Assembly: GCF_044704955.1 (NCBI RefSeq) | Contig: NC_091999.1 | Span: 61,380,001-61,444,000, forward strand | Direction of reading: 5' to 3' | DNA length: 64,000 bases | Source of the DNA: Pristiophorus japonicus | Lineage: Eukaryota | Shown: positions 1 through 12,204 of the stretch, in pieces | Layout of the letters: each line of letters begins with the position of its first letter | Numbering within the stretch: the first letter of the stretch is position 1 | Translations under genes and position numbers: made by a program | The notes under the pieces: model-generated | What the model saw: only the letters and a program-made list of their open reading frames with translations | Database searches by the model: none | Told to the model about the DNA's origin: nothing

Positions 1-3000
1 TCTACACTCACTGGTTCCCCTCCCCTGAAGGTACTGACTCTGGCTGTTCATTTCTACACTCACTGGTTCCCCTCCCCTGAAGGTGCTGACTCTGGCTGGG
101 TTCAGTTCTACACTCACTGGTTCCCCTCCCCTGAAGGTACTGACTCTGGCTGGGTTCAGTTCTACACTCACTGGTTCTCCTCCCCTGACGGTACTGACTC
201 TGGCTGGGTTCAGTTCTACACTCACAGGTTCCCCTCCCCTGAAGGTACTGACTCTGGCTGGGTTCAGTTCTACACTCACTGGTTCCCCTCCCCTGAAGGT
301 ACTGACTCTGGCTGGGTTCAGTTCTACATCACTGGTTCCCCTCCCCTGAAGGTACTGACTCTGTCTGGGTTCAGTTCTACACTCACTGGTTCCCCTCCCC
401 TGAAGGTGCTGACTCTGGCTGGGTTCAGTTCTACACTCACTGGTTCCCCTCCCCTGAAGGTACTGACTCTGGCTGGCTTCAGTTCTACACTCTCTGGTAC
501 CCCTCCCCTGAAAGTACTGACTCTGGCTGGGTTCAGTTCTGCACTCACTGGTTCCCCTCCCCTGAAAGTACTGACTCTGGCTGGGTTCAGTTCTACACTC
601 ACTGGTTCCCCTCCCCTGAAGGTACTGACTCTGGCTGGGTTCAGTTCTACACTCACTGGTTCCCCTCCCCTGAAAGTACTGACTCTGTCTGGGTTCAGTT
701 CTACACTCACTGGTTCCCCTCCCCTGAAGGTGCTGACTCTGGCTGGGTTCAGTTCGACACTCACTGGTTCCCCTCCCCTGTAGGTACTGACTCTGGCTGG
801 GTTCAGTTCCACACTCACTGGTTCCCCTCCCCTGAAGGTACTGACTCTGGCTGGGTTCAGTTCTACACTCACTGGTTCCCCTCCCCTGAAGGTACTGACT
901 CTGGCTGGGTTCTGTTCTACACTCACTGGTTCCCCTCCCCTGAAGGTACTGACTCTGGCTGGGTTCAGTTCTACACTCACTGATTCGCCTCCCCTGAAGG
1001 TACTGACTCTGGCTGGGTTCAGTTCTACACTCACTGGTTCCCCTCCCCTGAAGGTACTGACTCTGTCTGGGTTCAGTTCTACACTCTCTGGTTCCCCTCC
1101 CCTGAAGGTGCTGACTCTGGCTGGGTTCAGTTCTACACTCACTGGTTCCCCTCCCCTGAAGGTACTGACTCTGGCTGGGTTCAGTTCTACACTCTCTGGT
1201 TCCCCTCCCATGAAGGTACTGACTCTGGCTGTGTTCAGTTCTGCACTCACTGGTTCCCCTCCCCTGAAGGTACTGACTCTGGCTGGGTTCAGTTCTACAC
1301 TCACTGGTTCCCCTCCCCTGAGGGTACTGACTCTGTCTGGGTTCAGTTCTACACTCACTGGTTCCCCTCCTCTGAAGATACTGACTCTGGCTGGGTTCAG
1401 TTCTACACTCACTGGTTCCCCACCCCTGAAGGTGCTGACTATGGCTGGGTTCAGTTCTACACTCACTGGTTCCCCTCCCCTGAAGGTACTGACTCTGGCT
1501 GGGTTCATTTCTACACTCACTGGTTCTCCTCCCCTGAAGGTACTGACTCTGGCTGGGTTCAGTTCTACACTCACTGGTTCCCCTCCCCTGAAGGTGCTGA
1601 CTCTGGCTGGGTTCAGTTCTACACTCACTGGTTCCCCTCCCCTGAAGGTACTGACTCTGGCTGGGTTCAGTTCTACACTCACAGATTCCCTTCCCTTGAA
1701 GGTACTGACTCTGGCTGGGTTCAGTTCTACACTCACTGGTTCCCCTCCCCTGAAGGTACTGACTCTGGCTGGGTTCAGTTCTACACTCACAGGTTCCCCT
1801 CCCCTGAAGGTACTGACTCTGTCTGGGTTCAGTTCTACACTCACTGGTTCCCCTCCCCTGAAGGTGCTGACTCTGGCAGGGTTCAGTTCTACACTCACTG
1901 GTTCCCCTCCCCTGAAGGTACTGACTCTGGCTGGGTTATGTTCTACACTCACTGGTTCCCCTCCCCTGAAGGTACTGACTCTGGCTGGGTTCAGTTCTAC
2001 ACTCACTGGTTCCCCTTCCCTGAAGGTGCTGACTCTGGCTGGGTTCAGTTCTACACTCTCTGGTTCCCCTCCCCTGAAGGTACTGACTCTGGCTGGATTC
2101 AGTTCTGCACTCACTGGTTCCCCTCCCCTGAAGGTACTGACTCTGGCTGGGTTCAGTTCTACACTCACTGGATCCCCTCCCCTGAAGGTACTGACTCTGG
2201 CTGGGTTCAGTTCTACACTCACTGGTTCCCCTCCCCTGAAGGTACTGACTCTGTCTGGGTTCAGTTCTACACTCACTGGTTCCCCTCCCCTGAAGGTGCT
2301 GACTCTGGCTGGGTTCAGTTCGACAATCACTGGTTCCCCTCCCCTGAAGGTACTGACTCTGGCTGGGTTCAGTTCTACACTCACTGGTTCCCCTCCCCTG
2401 AAGGTACTGACTCTGGCTGGGTTCAGTTCTACACTCACTGGTTCCCCTCCCCTGAAGGTACTGACTCTGGCTGGGTTCTGTTCTACACTCACTGGCTCCC
2501 CTCCCCTGAAGGTACTGACTCTGGCTGGGTTCAGTTCTACACTCACTGATTCGCCTCCCCTGAAGGTACTGACTCTGGCTGGGTTCAGTTCTACACTCAC
2601 TGGTTCCCCTCCCCTGAAGGTACTGACTCTGTCTGGGTTCAGTTCTACACTCTCTGGTTCCCCTCCCCTGAAGGTGCTGACTCTGGCTGGGTTCAGTTCT
2701 ACACTCACTGGTTCCCCTCCCCTGAAGATACTGACTCTGGCTGGGTTCAGTTCTACACTCTCTGGTTCCCCTCCCCTGAAGGTACTGACTCTGGCTGGGT
2801 TCAGTTCTAGACTCACTGGTTCCCCTCCCCTTAAGGTACTGACTCTGGCTTGGTTTAGTTCTACACTCACTGGTTCCCCTCCCCTGAAGGTACTGATTCT
2901 GGCTGGGTACAGTTCTACACTCACTGGTTCCCCTCCCCTGAAGGTACTGACTCTGGCTGGGTTCAGTTCTACACTCACTGGTTCCCCTCCCCTGAAGGTA

Positions 3001-3970
3001 CTGACTCTGGCTTGGTTCAGTTCTACACTCACTGGTTCCCCTCCACTGAAGGTGCTGACTCTGGCTGGGTTCAGTTCTACACTCACTGGTTCCCCTCCCC
3101 TGAAGGTACTGACTCTGGCTGGGTTCAGTTCTACACTCTCTGGTTTCCCTCCCCTGAAGGTACTGACTCTGGCTGGGTTCAGTTCTACACTCACTGGTTC
3201 CCCTCCCCTGAAGGTACTGACTCTGGCTGGGTTCAGTTCTACACTCACTGGTTCCCCTCCCCTGAAGTTGCTGACTCTGGCTGAGTTCAGTTCTACACTC
3301 ACTGGTTCCCCTCCCCTGAAGGTACTGACTCTGGCTGGGTTCAGTTCTACACTCACTGGTTCCCCTCCCCTGAAGGTACTGACTCTGGCTGGGTTCAGTT
3401 CTACACTCACTGGTTCCCCTCCCCTGAAGGTACTGACTCTGGCTGGGTTCAGTTCTACACTCACTGGTTCCCCTCCCCTGAAGGTACTGACTCTGGCTGG
3501 GTTCAGTTCTACACTCTCTGGTTCCCCTCCCCTGAAGGTGCTGACTCTGGCTGGGTTCAGTTCTACACTCACTGGTTCCCCTCCCCTGAAGGTACTGACT
3601 CTGGCTGGGTTCAGTTCTACACTCACTGGTTCTCCTCCCCTGACGGTACTGACTCTGGCTGGGTTCAGTTCTGCACTCTCAGGTTCCCCTCCCCTGAAGG
3701 TACTGACTCAGGCTGGGTTCAGTTCTACACTCACTGGTTCCCCTCCCCTGAAGGTACTGACTCTGGCTGGGTTCAGTTCTACACTCACTGGTTCCCCTCC
3801 CCTGAAGGTACTGACTCTGGCTGGGTTCAGTTCTACACTTACTGGTTCCCCTCCCCTGAAGGTACTGACTCTGTCTCGGTTCAGTTCTACACTCACTGGT
3901 TCCCCTCCCCTGAAGGTACTGACTCTGGCTGGGTTCAGTTCTACACTCACTGGTTCCCCTCCCCTGAAGG
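1..3970. repeat. 54-bp tandem satellite, about 73 copies (continues off the left edge)
   Basis: Unit TCTACACTCACTGGTTCCCCTCCCCTGAAGGTACTGACTCTGGCTGGGTTCAGT repeated with scattered substitutions and one 1-nt deletion near 327. Confidence 0.98.
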
Positions 3971-4088
3971 TCTGTCTCACCCTACTTGTCGGTTTGTCTC
4001 TGTCTCTCATTGTGTCTGTCGACTTCTCATGGTGTCCAGTTCTGTGCACAGCTCGATTCCTGCTCTGACAGAACTGGTACCTGCTAGT

Positions 4089-4160
4089 TCATCGTTAATA
4101 TAGTGGTGAGTATCCCCACCTTTCAGGCGGGAGACCGGGGTTCAATTCCCCGACTGGCAG
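4089..4160 (+). tRNA. tRNA-Asp-derived gene, degenerate (anticodon GTC changed to TTC), probably a pseudogene
   Basis: TCATCGTTAATATAGTGGTGAGTATCCCCACCTTTCAGGCGGGAGACCGGGGTTCAATTCCCCGACTGGCAG aligns end to end with vertebrate tRNA-Asp(GTC); stem mismatches present. Confidence 0.85.
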
Positions 4161-4379
4161 CCAGGTGTTTCAAAATGTAGAATTTTTCTTCTGTTTCTTG
4201 GTAGAGATTCATATTAAAAAGTTCCAGAGCAATATCGAACTGGAAAAATACACGTCGAGGAGATTGTCTCTTCCAGATTTTTAGTAAACGGAGACTTTTA
4301 CAGGATTCTTTGGCCGTCTGCTGCACAGAGATGGATGACTGAGTTTTTTCTGAGTAACGTTTAAGAAGGCAGTGTCGCA

Positions 4380-4461
4380 TTCGAAGTGGCCGAGTGGTTA
4401 AGACGATGGATTAAAAATTCATTGGGTTTCCCCTGCGTAGTTTTGAAGCCTGTCCACTACG
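4380..4461 (+). pseudogene. tRNA-Ser pseudogene
   Basis: GTGGCCGAGTGGTTAAGACGATGGA...CCTGTCCACTACG resembles tRNA-Ser(AGA/TGA); B box damaged. Confidence 0.8.
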
Positions 4462-4869
4462 ATTCTCGGCATTTTTCATTCCATTTCACAATTTAACCAG
4501 ATCTTTGTAAAACTGATCCTGAAACAGATGGTATAACGTCCCACACCTTTCAACACTGACATTTTTTTCTCATTTTTATTAATCTGCAATATTTACGATA
4601 CATACGGATAGGAAAACACAAAAATCAGTCAAAGTTGCGACAGCGTGTCAGCCTGTCTATCCCTTTATATGTTGAAGGCATCTGTGCATGTCCGTTGGTG
4701 CGTGTAAATGTTTGGTTATGTATGTGGGTGTTTCTCTGTGTCTGTCGATCTGTATATATCTCTCTGTGTATGTGCAACTGTCTGTGGAAATCATCACCAT
4801 GAATTTGGTATGTCCTGGAATTATAAAAAAGAATTGGGGAAAATAATACGGTTGTGGACGTTTGTATCG

Positions 4870-5125
4870 ACTTTGGTTCAGTGGCAGCATTCTCGACTGA
4901 ATCAGGAGTTTGTGTGTTCAAGTCGCACTCCTGAGACTTGAGCATATAATGTTGGCTAACACTCAAGTGCAGCGCTTGGGGAATTTTGCATTGTTGATGC
5001 TTTTGACTTTCGGATGAAATGTTAAATTGAAGCTGAGTCTGCACTATCAGGTGGATGTGAAAGGTCCCAGAGCCTTACTCGAAAAAGAATAGGAGAGTTT
5101 TCCCCGTGTCAATATTACTAAAAAT
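4870..5125 (+). mobile_element. 3'-truncated Deu-domain SINE inside a tRNA unit
   Basis: tRNA-like head followed by TTTCGGATGAAATGTTAAA...CAGGTGGATGTGAAAGGTCCC...GGAGAGTTTTCCCC; homologous to the fuller copy at about 63085-63515. Confidence 0.7.
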
Positions 5126-5223
5126 GTTCGTAAATGCTCACTGAAAGCCGACATATATGTGTTTCTGTGGGGGTGGGGTTGAAGCCCAGTTTCTCACAGA
5201 GACAGAATCCATATTCTGACAGG

Positions 5224-5306
5224 AACAGAATGGCCGAGTGGTTTGGGCGTTGGCCTTAAAATTCAATGGGATGTTTCCCGCGTGTTCTCGCCCCTGACTC
5301 CTGGTA
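5224..5306 (+). pseudogene. tRNA-Leu(TAA) pseudogene
   Basis: AACAGAATGGCCGAGTGG...CTTAAAA...ACTCCTGGTA matches the tRNA-Leu(TAA) scaffold; T-loop destroyed. Confidence 0.8.
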
Positions 5307-6058
5307 CTTCTTTAATTTAACACAGATTTCCTCCCATTCTCATCAGTGATACCCGATTTTCATCTGTTGAATGTGCAACTCTGTGACACTCTGAGCCGAT
5401 AATGAAATGAAATTGTGAAATGTATCGGTGTCGCTCGGTCTCTGCTTCTCTCTTTCTTTCGAGAGATATGTTTGTGTTTGTGTGTTTGCCACTCTCAGTC
5501 TGACTCACTCTGTCTGTTCCAAAGAGAGGTGTGTTTGTGTTTGTGTGTTTTTCACTCTCAGTCTGACTCACTCTGTCTGTTCCTGTGTCTCTGTCTCTTT
5601 CTCACGGTGTCCAGTTCTGTTCCAATGGGATTCTCTTAGACTCTTTGTCAGACTGGCTCTCTCTTTGCCATCATTTCTGTCTGTCCATGTCTTTGCCTGC
5701 CTCTGATAGTTCCTATCTCTAACCTGCTGAATATTTCCATCATTTGTGTTTCTATTTTTGACATTCTCTATCTGTCGCTCTCTCTCCTTGTCACTGTCTT
5801 TATTACTCTCTTTCTCTCACTCTTTCCCTCTCTCTTTATAGATCACACACACACATCTCTGTATATGTGTGTGTTTGAGTCTTTTTCTCACTCAGTCTGC
5901 CTCTCCTTCTCAGTCTCACATTTTCTGTCTCTCATTGTCTCTATCTCGCTGTCTGTCTCTCCCTGTTTGTCAGTTTGTCTCTCTCTTTCAATGTGTCTGT
6001 CGTCTTCTCATAGTGTCCAGTTCCATTCACAGCTCGCTTCCTGCTCTGATAGAACTCA

Positions 6059-6130
6059 TGCTCGTTCGTATAGTGGTGAGTATCCCCGCCTGTTCCGCCG
6101 GAGACCGTGGTTCTACTTCCCGACGATGTG
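6059..6130 (+). pseudogene. tRNA-Asp pseudogene (anticodon now GTT)
   Basis: TGCTCGTTCGTATAGTGGTGAGTATCCCCGCCTGTTCCGCCGGAGACCGTGGTTC... Confidence 0.8.
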
Positions 6131-6346
6131 GCAGCATTTACAAAATGCAGAATTTTACTTGTTTCTTGGTGTTGATTCATATTAAAAAGTTCCATAGCAA
6201 TATCGAACAGTACAAATACAGGAAGAGGAGATTGCCTCTTCCAGATTTTTAGCAAACGGAGACGTTTTCCGATTCTGTGGCCTTCTGCTGCACAGAGATG
6301 GATGACTGAGTTTTATCTGAGTAACATTTAATGATGAAGCGAGCTA

Positions 6347-6390
6347 GTAGTCGGGGTTGCTCTGCGCAGTTTTGAATCCTGCTGACTATG
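6347..6390 (+). pseudogene. Internally deleted tRNA-Ser remnant
   Basis: GTAGTCG joined directly to the variable arm and T arm (...GAATCCTGCTGACTATG). Confidence 0.65.
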
Positions 6391-6623
6391 TTTCTCAGCA
6401 TATTTCATTCTGTTTCACAATTTAACCGCGTTACTGCAAAACTGATTCTGAGATAGGTGGAGGAACGTCCCACATCTTTCGATGCAGCCGCTGTTTTCTT
6501 TCTTTCATTAATCTGCAGTATTCACGATACATACGGATAGAAAAACGCAAAACCAGCCAAAGTAGCCTCAGTGACCCTGCCTGTCTATCCATCTATTTGT
6601 CTAAGGCAACCTGTGTATATCTT

Positions 6624-7326
6624 GATCTGGGTGTCATGGTACATCAGTCATTGAAAGTTGGCATGTAGGTGCAGCAGGCGGTGAAGAAAACAAATGGCAT
6701 GTTCGCCTTCATAGCTAGGGGATTTGAGTATGGGAGCAGGAAGATATTACTGCAGTTATACAGGGCCTTGGTGAGGTCACACCTGGAATATTGTGTTCAG
6801 GTTTGGTCCCCGAATCTGAGGAAGGACGTCCTTGCTATTGAGGGAGTACAGCGAAGGTTCACCAGCATGATTCCCGGGATGGCAGGATTGACAAATGAGG
6901 AGAGACTGGATCAACTGGGCTGGTATCCACTGGAGTTTAGAAGAATGAGAGGGGATCTCACAGAAACATATAAAATTCTGACGAGATTGGAGGCTGGAAG
7001 AATGTTCTCATTGCTGGGGAGTTTGAGACCAAGAATTACAGTCTAAAAATAAGGGGTAAGCCATTTATGACCGAGATGAGGAGAAACTTCTTCACTCAGA
7101 GAGTGGTTAACCTGTGAAATTTTTTACCGCAGAAAGTCGTTGAGGCCAGTTCATTAGATATATTCAAATGGGAGTTAGATATGGCCCTTATGGATAAAGA
7201 GATCAAGGGGTATGGAGAGAAAGCAGGAAAGGGGTACTGAGGTTGAATGAAGAGCCATGATCTTATTGAATGGTGGTGCAGGCTCGAAGGGCCGAATGGC
7301 ATATTCCTGCAACTAATTTCTATGTT
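6624..7326 (+). mobile_element. CR1-clade LINE 3' fragment
   Basis: ORF2 C-terminal LYRALVRSHLEYCVQVWSP motif, 3' UTR and TTCTATG tail. Confidence 0.92.
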
Positions 7327-7499
7327 GATGCGTGTATATTTTTGGTTATTGTGTGTGCGCGTGTCTGTGTATTTCTATCTGTATGTATGTCTCTGTGTAT
7401 ATGCAACTGTCTGTGGAAATCATCACCATGAATTTGCTATGTCCTGGAACTTTTCAAAACACTTGGGGAAAATAATACGGTTGTGATCTTTGGTATCGG

Positions 7500-7750
7500 T
7501 TTTGGTTCAGTGGCTCCGTTCTCGACTGAATCAGGAGGTTGTGTGTGTAAGTCTCACTCCTGAGACTTGAACACATCATCTTGGATGACACTCAAATGCA
7601 GTATTTGGGGAATTTTGCATTGTTGAAGCTGTTGACCATCGGCTGAAATTTTAAATTGAAACTCCATCTGCAACCTCGGGTGGATGTGAAAGTTCCCAGA
7701 GCCTTAGTCGAAAAAGAATAGGAGAGTTGCGCCCGTGTCAATATTACGAA
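7500..7750 (+). mobile_element. Truncated DeuSINE in a tRNA unit
   Basis: Paralogous to 4870-5125. Confidence 0.65.
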
Positions 7751-7859
7751 AAATGTTCGTAAATATACCCTGAAATCCAATTGTCTGTGTGTCACTGTGG
7801 GAGTGGAGCTGAAGCCCAGATTCTCACAGAGGCAGAGTCCAACCACTGACAGGATCAGG

Positions 7860-7943
7860 ACCAGGATGGCCGAGTTGTAAAGGCGTTAGATTTAAGATCT
7901 AATGCGTTCTATACTCGCGTGGGTTCAAACCCCACTCCTGATG
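7860..7943 (+). tRNA. tRNA-Leu(TAA), degenerate or pseudogene
   Basis: ACCAGGATGGCCGAG...TTTAAGATCTAATG...GCGTGGGTTCAAACCCCACTCCTG. Confidence 0.8.
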
Positions 7944-9072
7944 ATTCCTTAATTAAATAGAGATTTTTCCCATCCTGCCGAGTGATACCCGATTTTCATC
8001 TGCTGAATCTCCAATTTTCTGCAACGATGTGACATTCTGAGCCGACAATGAAATGAAATTGTGAAATGTATCTGTGTTGCTCGGTCTCTGCCGCTCTCTC
8101 TCTTTAGAGAGCTGTGAATGTGTTTGAGTGTAGCCTCTCTCTGACACACTCTCTCTGTCACTGTTTCTCTGTTTGTCTCTGTCTCTCAATCTGTCTCTTT
8201 CTCACGGTGTCTAGTTCTGTTGCAATGGGATTCTCTCAGACTCTCAGTCTGACTGCCTATCTCTGCCCCATTATCTCTGTCTGTCCATGTCTTTGCCTGT
8301 CTCTGTTAATCCCTGTCTCTAACCAGATAAGTATTTCCATTATGTTCTGTTTTTGTCTCTATGTCTCTCTCTCTATCTGTCTTTCTCTCTATCTGTCGCC
8401 CTCTTTGACTCTCTCTTTGTCCCTGTCCTTTTCTCTGTCATTCCATCACTACTTACATCCCTCTCTTTCTGGAACACGCAAATACATGTATTTGAGTCTT
8501 TTTCTCATTCAGTCTGATCCTCCCTTTCAGTCTCAAACTGTATGTCTCTCTTTGTCTCTATCTCGCTGTCTGTCCGTCCCCGTTTCCCTGTTTGTCTCTG
8601 GTTCTCAATGTGTCTGTCACTTTCTCACGGTGTCCAGTTCTGTTCGAATAGGATTCTCTCATTCTCTCTGTCTGACTGTCTCACTCTTTCCCATCATGTC
8701 TTTCTGTCTATGTTTCTGCCTATCTGTCTCTCTTTGACTGTCGCTGGTAGTTTCTGTCTCTAACCTGCTGAGTATTTCCATCATTTTCTGTTTATATCTT
8801 TGTCTCTCTCTCGATCTGTCGCTCTCTCTCTATCCGTCTCTCTCCTTTTCACTGTCTTTATCACTGTCTTTCTTTCACTGTTTCCCTCTCTCTCTTTATT
8901 GATCACACACACACATCTCTGTATATGTAGGTGTTTGAGTCTTTTTCTCAGAGTCTGCCTGACTTTTCAGTCTCACCCTTTCTGTCTCTCCCTGATTGTC
9001 GGTTTGTCTCTGTCTCTCAATGTGTCTGTCGACTTCTGTTCGCAGCTCGATTACTGCTCTGACACAGCCCGT

Positions 9073-9143
9073 ACCTTCGTCCGGAAAGTCGTGATTTTGC
9101 TCCCCTGTTAAGCAGGAGAACCGGGTTCAATTCCCCGATGAAA
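9073..9143 (+). pseudogene. Highly degenerate tRNA-Asp remnant
   Basis: Same position within the unit; CCGGGTTCAATTCCCCGA T arm retained. Confidence 0.55.
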
Positions 9144-9361
9144 AAGCAGTTTTTTCAAAATGTCTAATTTTACTTCTGTTTCTTGGTATAGATTTATATT
9201 AAAAAGTTCCAGAACAATATAGAACATTAAAATACAGCAAGAGGAGATTGCCTCTCCCAGATTTTTTGCAAACAGACTTTTTCAGGATTCTGTGGCTGTC
9301 TGCTGCACAGAGATGGATGACTGAGTTTTTTCTGAGCAACATTTAAAGTGCCTGAGACGCA

Positions 9362-9443
9362 GTAGTTGTGGCCGAGTGGTTAATGCGATGGACTTTAAAT
9401 CCTTTGGGTTTTCTGCGCTCAGGTTCGAATCCTGCCGACTGCA
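9362..9443 (+). tRNA. tRNA-Ser-derived gene with TTA anticodon (ochre-suppressor-like), probably a pseudogene
   Basis: GTAGTTG TG GCC GAGTGGTTAA TGC G ATGGA CTTTAAA TCCTT ... TCAGG TTCGAAT CCTGC CGACTGC A; A and B boxes intact. Confidence 0.8.
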
Positions 9444-9957
9444 ATTTTCATTCGATTTTACAATTTAACCAGGTTTTTGCAAAACTAATCCTGAGATAGG
9501 TGGAATAACGTCCCACATCTTTCAACACTGACATCTATTTCTCATTTTTATAATCTGCAATATTCACGATACATACGGATCGAAAAACGCAAACATCAGC
9601 CAAAGTAGCGACAGTGATTCAGCCTGTCTATCCCTCGAGATGTCTAAGGCATCTGTGCATGTCCGTTGGTGCATGTATATTTTTGGTTATTTATGTCTGT
9701 GTGTGTCTCTGTGCCTGTCTTTCTGTATATGTGTATCTGTGTATGTGCAACTGTCTGTGGAAATCATCACCATGAATTTGGTATGTCCTGGAACTTGTTA
9801 AAAAGACTTGGGGAAAATAATACAGTTATGAACTTTGGTATCGGCTTTGGTTCAGTGGCAGTATCCTCGACTGAAAAACGCAAAAGCCAGACAAAGTAGC
9901 GACAGTGACCCTGCCTGTCTATCCATCTATTTGTCTAAGGCAATCTGTATATATCTT

Positions 9958-10680
9958 GATCTGGGTGTCATTGTACATCAGTAATTGAAAGTTGGTGTGC
10001 AAGTGCAGCAGGCGGTGAAGAAGGCAAATGCCATGTTCGCCTTCATAGCTAGGGGATTTGAGTATAGGAGCAGGGAGGTTTTACTACAGTTGTACAGGGC
10101 CTTGGTGAGGCCACTCCTGGAATATTGTGTTCAGTTTTGGTCTCCAAATCTGAGGAAGGACGTCCTTTCTATTGAGGGAGTACAGCGAAGGTTCACCAGC
10201 ATGATTCCCGGGATGGCAGGACTGACATATGAGCAGAGACTGGATCAACTGGGCTGGTATCCACTGGAGTTTAGAAGAATGAGAGGGGATCTCATAGAAA
10301 CAAATAAAATTCTGACGAAATTTGACAAGTGAGAGGCAGGACGAATGTTTCCGTTACTGGGGAGTTCGAGAACTAGGGGTCACAGTCTGAGAATAAGAGG
10401 TAAGCCATTTAGGACCGAGATGAGGAGAATCGTCTTCACTCAGAGAGTCGTTAACCTGTGGAATTCTCTACAGCAGAAAGTTGTTGAGGCCAGTTAGTTA
10501 GATATGTTCGAGAGGGAGTTAGATATGGTCCTTACGGCTCAAGGGTTCAAGGGGTATGGAGAGAAAGCAGGACACGGGTACTGAGGTTTAATGATCAGCC
10601 ATGATCTTAAAGAATGGTGGTGCAGGCTCGAAGGGCCGAATGGCCTGCTACTGCAACTAATTTCTATGTTTCTATGTTTT
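9958..10680 (+). mobile_element. CR1-clade LINE 3' fragment (duplicate of the 6624-7326 insertion)
   Basis: Same 5' junction (ATATCTTGATCTGGGTGTC) and TTCTATG tail. Confidence 0.92.
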
Positions 10681-10859
10681 TTTGTTGATGCATGTATATT
10701 TTTGGCTATTATGTGTGCGCGTGTCTGTTTATGCCTATCTATATGTATGTCTCTGTATATGTGCAACTGTCTGTAGAAATCATCACCATGAATTTGGTAT
10801 GTCCTGGAAATTTTTTAAAAACTTGGGGAAAATAATACGGTTGTGATCTTTGGTATCGG

Positions 10860-11110
10860 CCTTGGTTCATTGGCTCCATTCTTGACTGAATCGGGATGTT
10901 GTGTGTGTAAGTCCCACTCCTCAGACTTGAGCAGATAATCTTGGATGACACTCAAATGCAGTACTTGGGGAATTTTGTATTGTTGAAGCTGTTGACCATC
11001 GGCTTAAATGTTAAATTGAAGCTCCGTCTGCAATCTCGGGTGGATGTGAAAGTTCCCAGAGCATTACACGAAAAAGAATAGGAGAGTTGCCCCCGTGTCA
11101 ATATTACTAA
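10860..11110 (+). mobile_element. Truncated DeuSINE in a tRNA unit
   Basis: Paralogous to 4870-5125. Confidence 0.65.
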
Positions 11111-11218
11111 AAATTTTCGTAAATGTTCACTGAAACCCGATGTGTATGTGTGTGTGTTGCTGTGGGGGTGGAGCTGAAGCCCAGATTCTCACAGAGACAG
11201 AATCCAAACGCTACAAAG

Positions 11219-11301
11219 ACCAGGATGGGCGACTGGTTAAGGCGTAGGCTTTAAAATTCAATGCGTTTTTCCCACGTGGATTCGAACCCCAATCCAAGAA
11301 T
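11219..11301 (+). pseudogene. tRNA-Leu pseudogene
   Basis: ACCAGGATGGGCGACTGGTTAAGGCG...GGATTCGAACCCC. Confidence 0.75.
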
Positions 11302-12036
11302 CTCTTTAATTTAACAGAGATTTTTCCCATCCTGCCCAGTGATACCGGATTTTCATCGGTTGAATCTGTAACTCTGTGACACTCTGAGCCGATTGTGAAA
11401 TGTATCTGTGCATCTCAGTCTCTGCCTTTCTCTCTTTAGAGAGCTGTGTATGTGTTTGAGCCTTTGTCTCCCTCAGTCTGCCTCTCTCTGACTCACTCTG
11501 TCTGTGCCTAGTTCTCTGTTTGTCTCTGTCTCTCAATCTGTCTCTTTCTCACGGTGTTCAGTTCTGTTCCAATGGGATTCTCTCAGACTCTCTGTCTGAC
11601 TGTCTCTCTCATTCCCATCATCTCTGTCTGTCTATGTCTCGACCTGTCTGTCTCTATTTGCCAGTCTCTGTTAGTTCCTGTCTCTAACCTGCTGAGTATT
11701 TCCATCATTTTCTGTTTATATCTCTGTATATATCTCTATCTGTCGCTCACTCTGCATCTGTCTCTCTCCTTGTTACTGTCTTTATCACTGTCTTTCTCTC
11801 AGTGTTTCCCTCTCTCTCTTTATATCTGTATGTGTGTGTGTGTGTGTCTTTTTCTCACTCAGTCTGCCTCTCCTTCTCAGTCTCACACTTTCTGTCTCAC
11901 GTTGTCTCGATCTCGCTGTCTGTCTCTCCCTGTTTGTCGGTTTGTCTCTGTCTCTCAATGTGCCTGCCTGCTTCTCATGGTGTCCATTTCTGTTCTCAGC
12001 TCGATTCCTGCACTGACAGAATCCACACCCGTCAGC

Positions 12037-12108
12037 TCCTCATTCGTGTCTTAGTTAATATCCCTCTCTGTCACGCGCGAGGTAGGCGTTCAATTCCCCG
12101 ACCAGGTT
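12037..12108 (+). pseudogene. tRNA-Asp pseudogene (GTC retained)
   Basis: TCCTCATTCG...CTGTCACGCG...GTTCAATTCCCCGACC. Confidence 0.7.
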
Positions 12109-12204
12109 GAAGCATTTTTAAAATGTTGAATATTACTTCTATATGTCCTGAAACTTTATAAAAAGACTTGGGGAAAATAATACCGATGTGAACTTTGGTA
12201 TCGG

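Noticed and set aside
1-3970. CRISPR-like array
   Set aside because: No unique spacers, no cas genes, and a eukaryotic context.
324-4068. 1100-aa and 986-aa ORFs of 18-aa repeats
   Set aside because: By-product of a stop-free 54-bp satellite. Both strands are open, a stop (781) and a frameshift (about 327) are tolerated, and there is no unique coding sequence.
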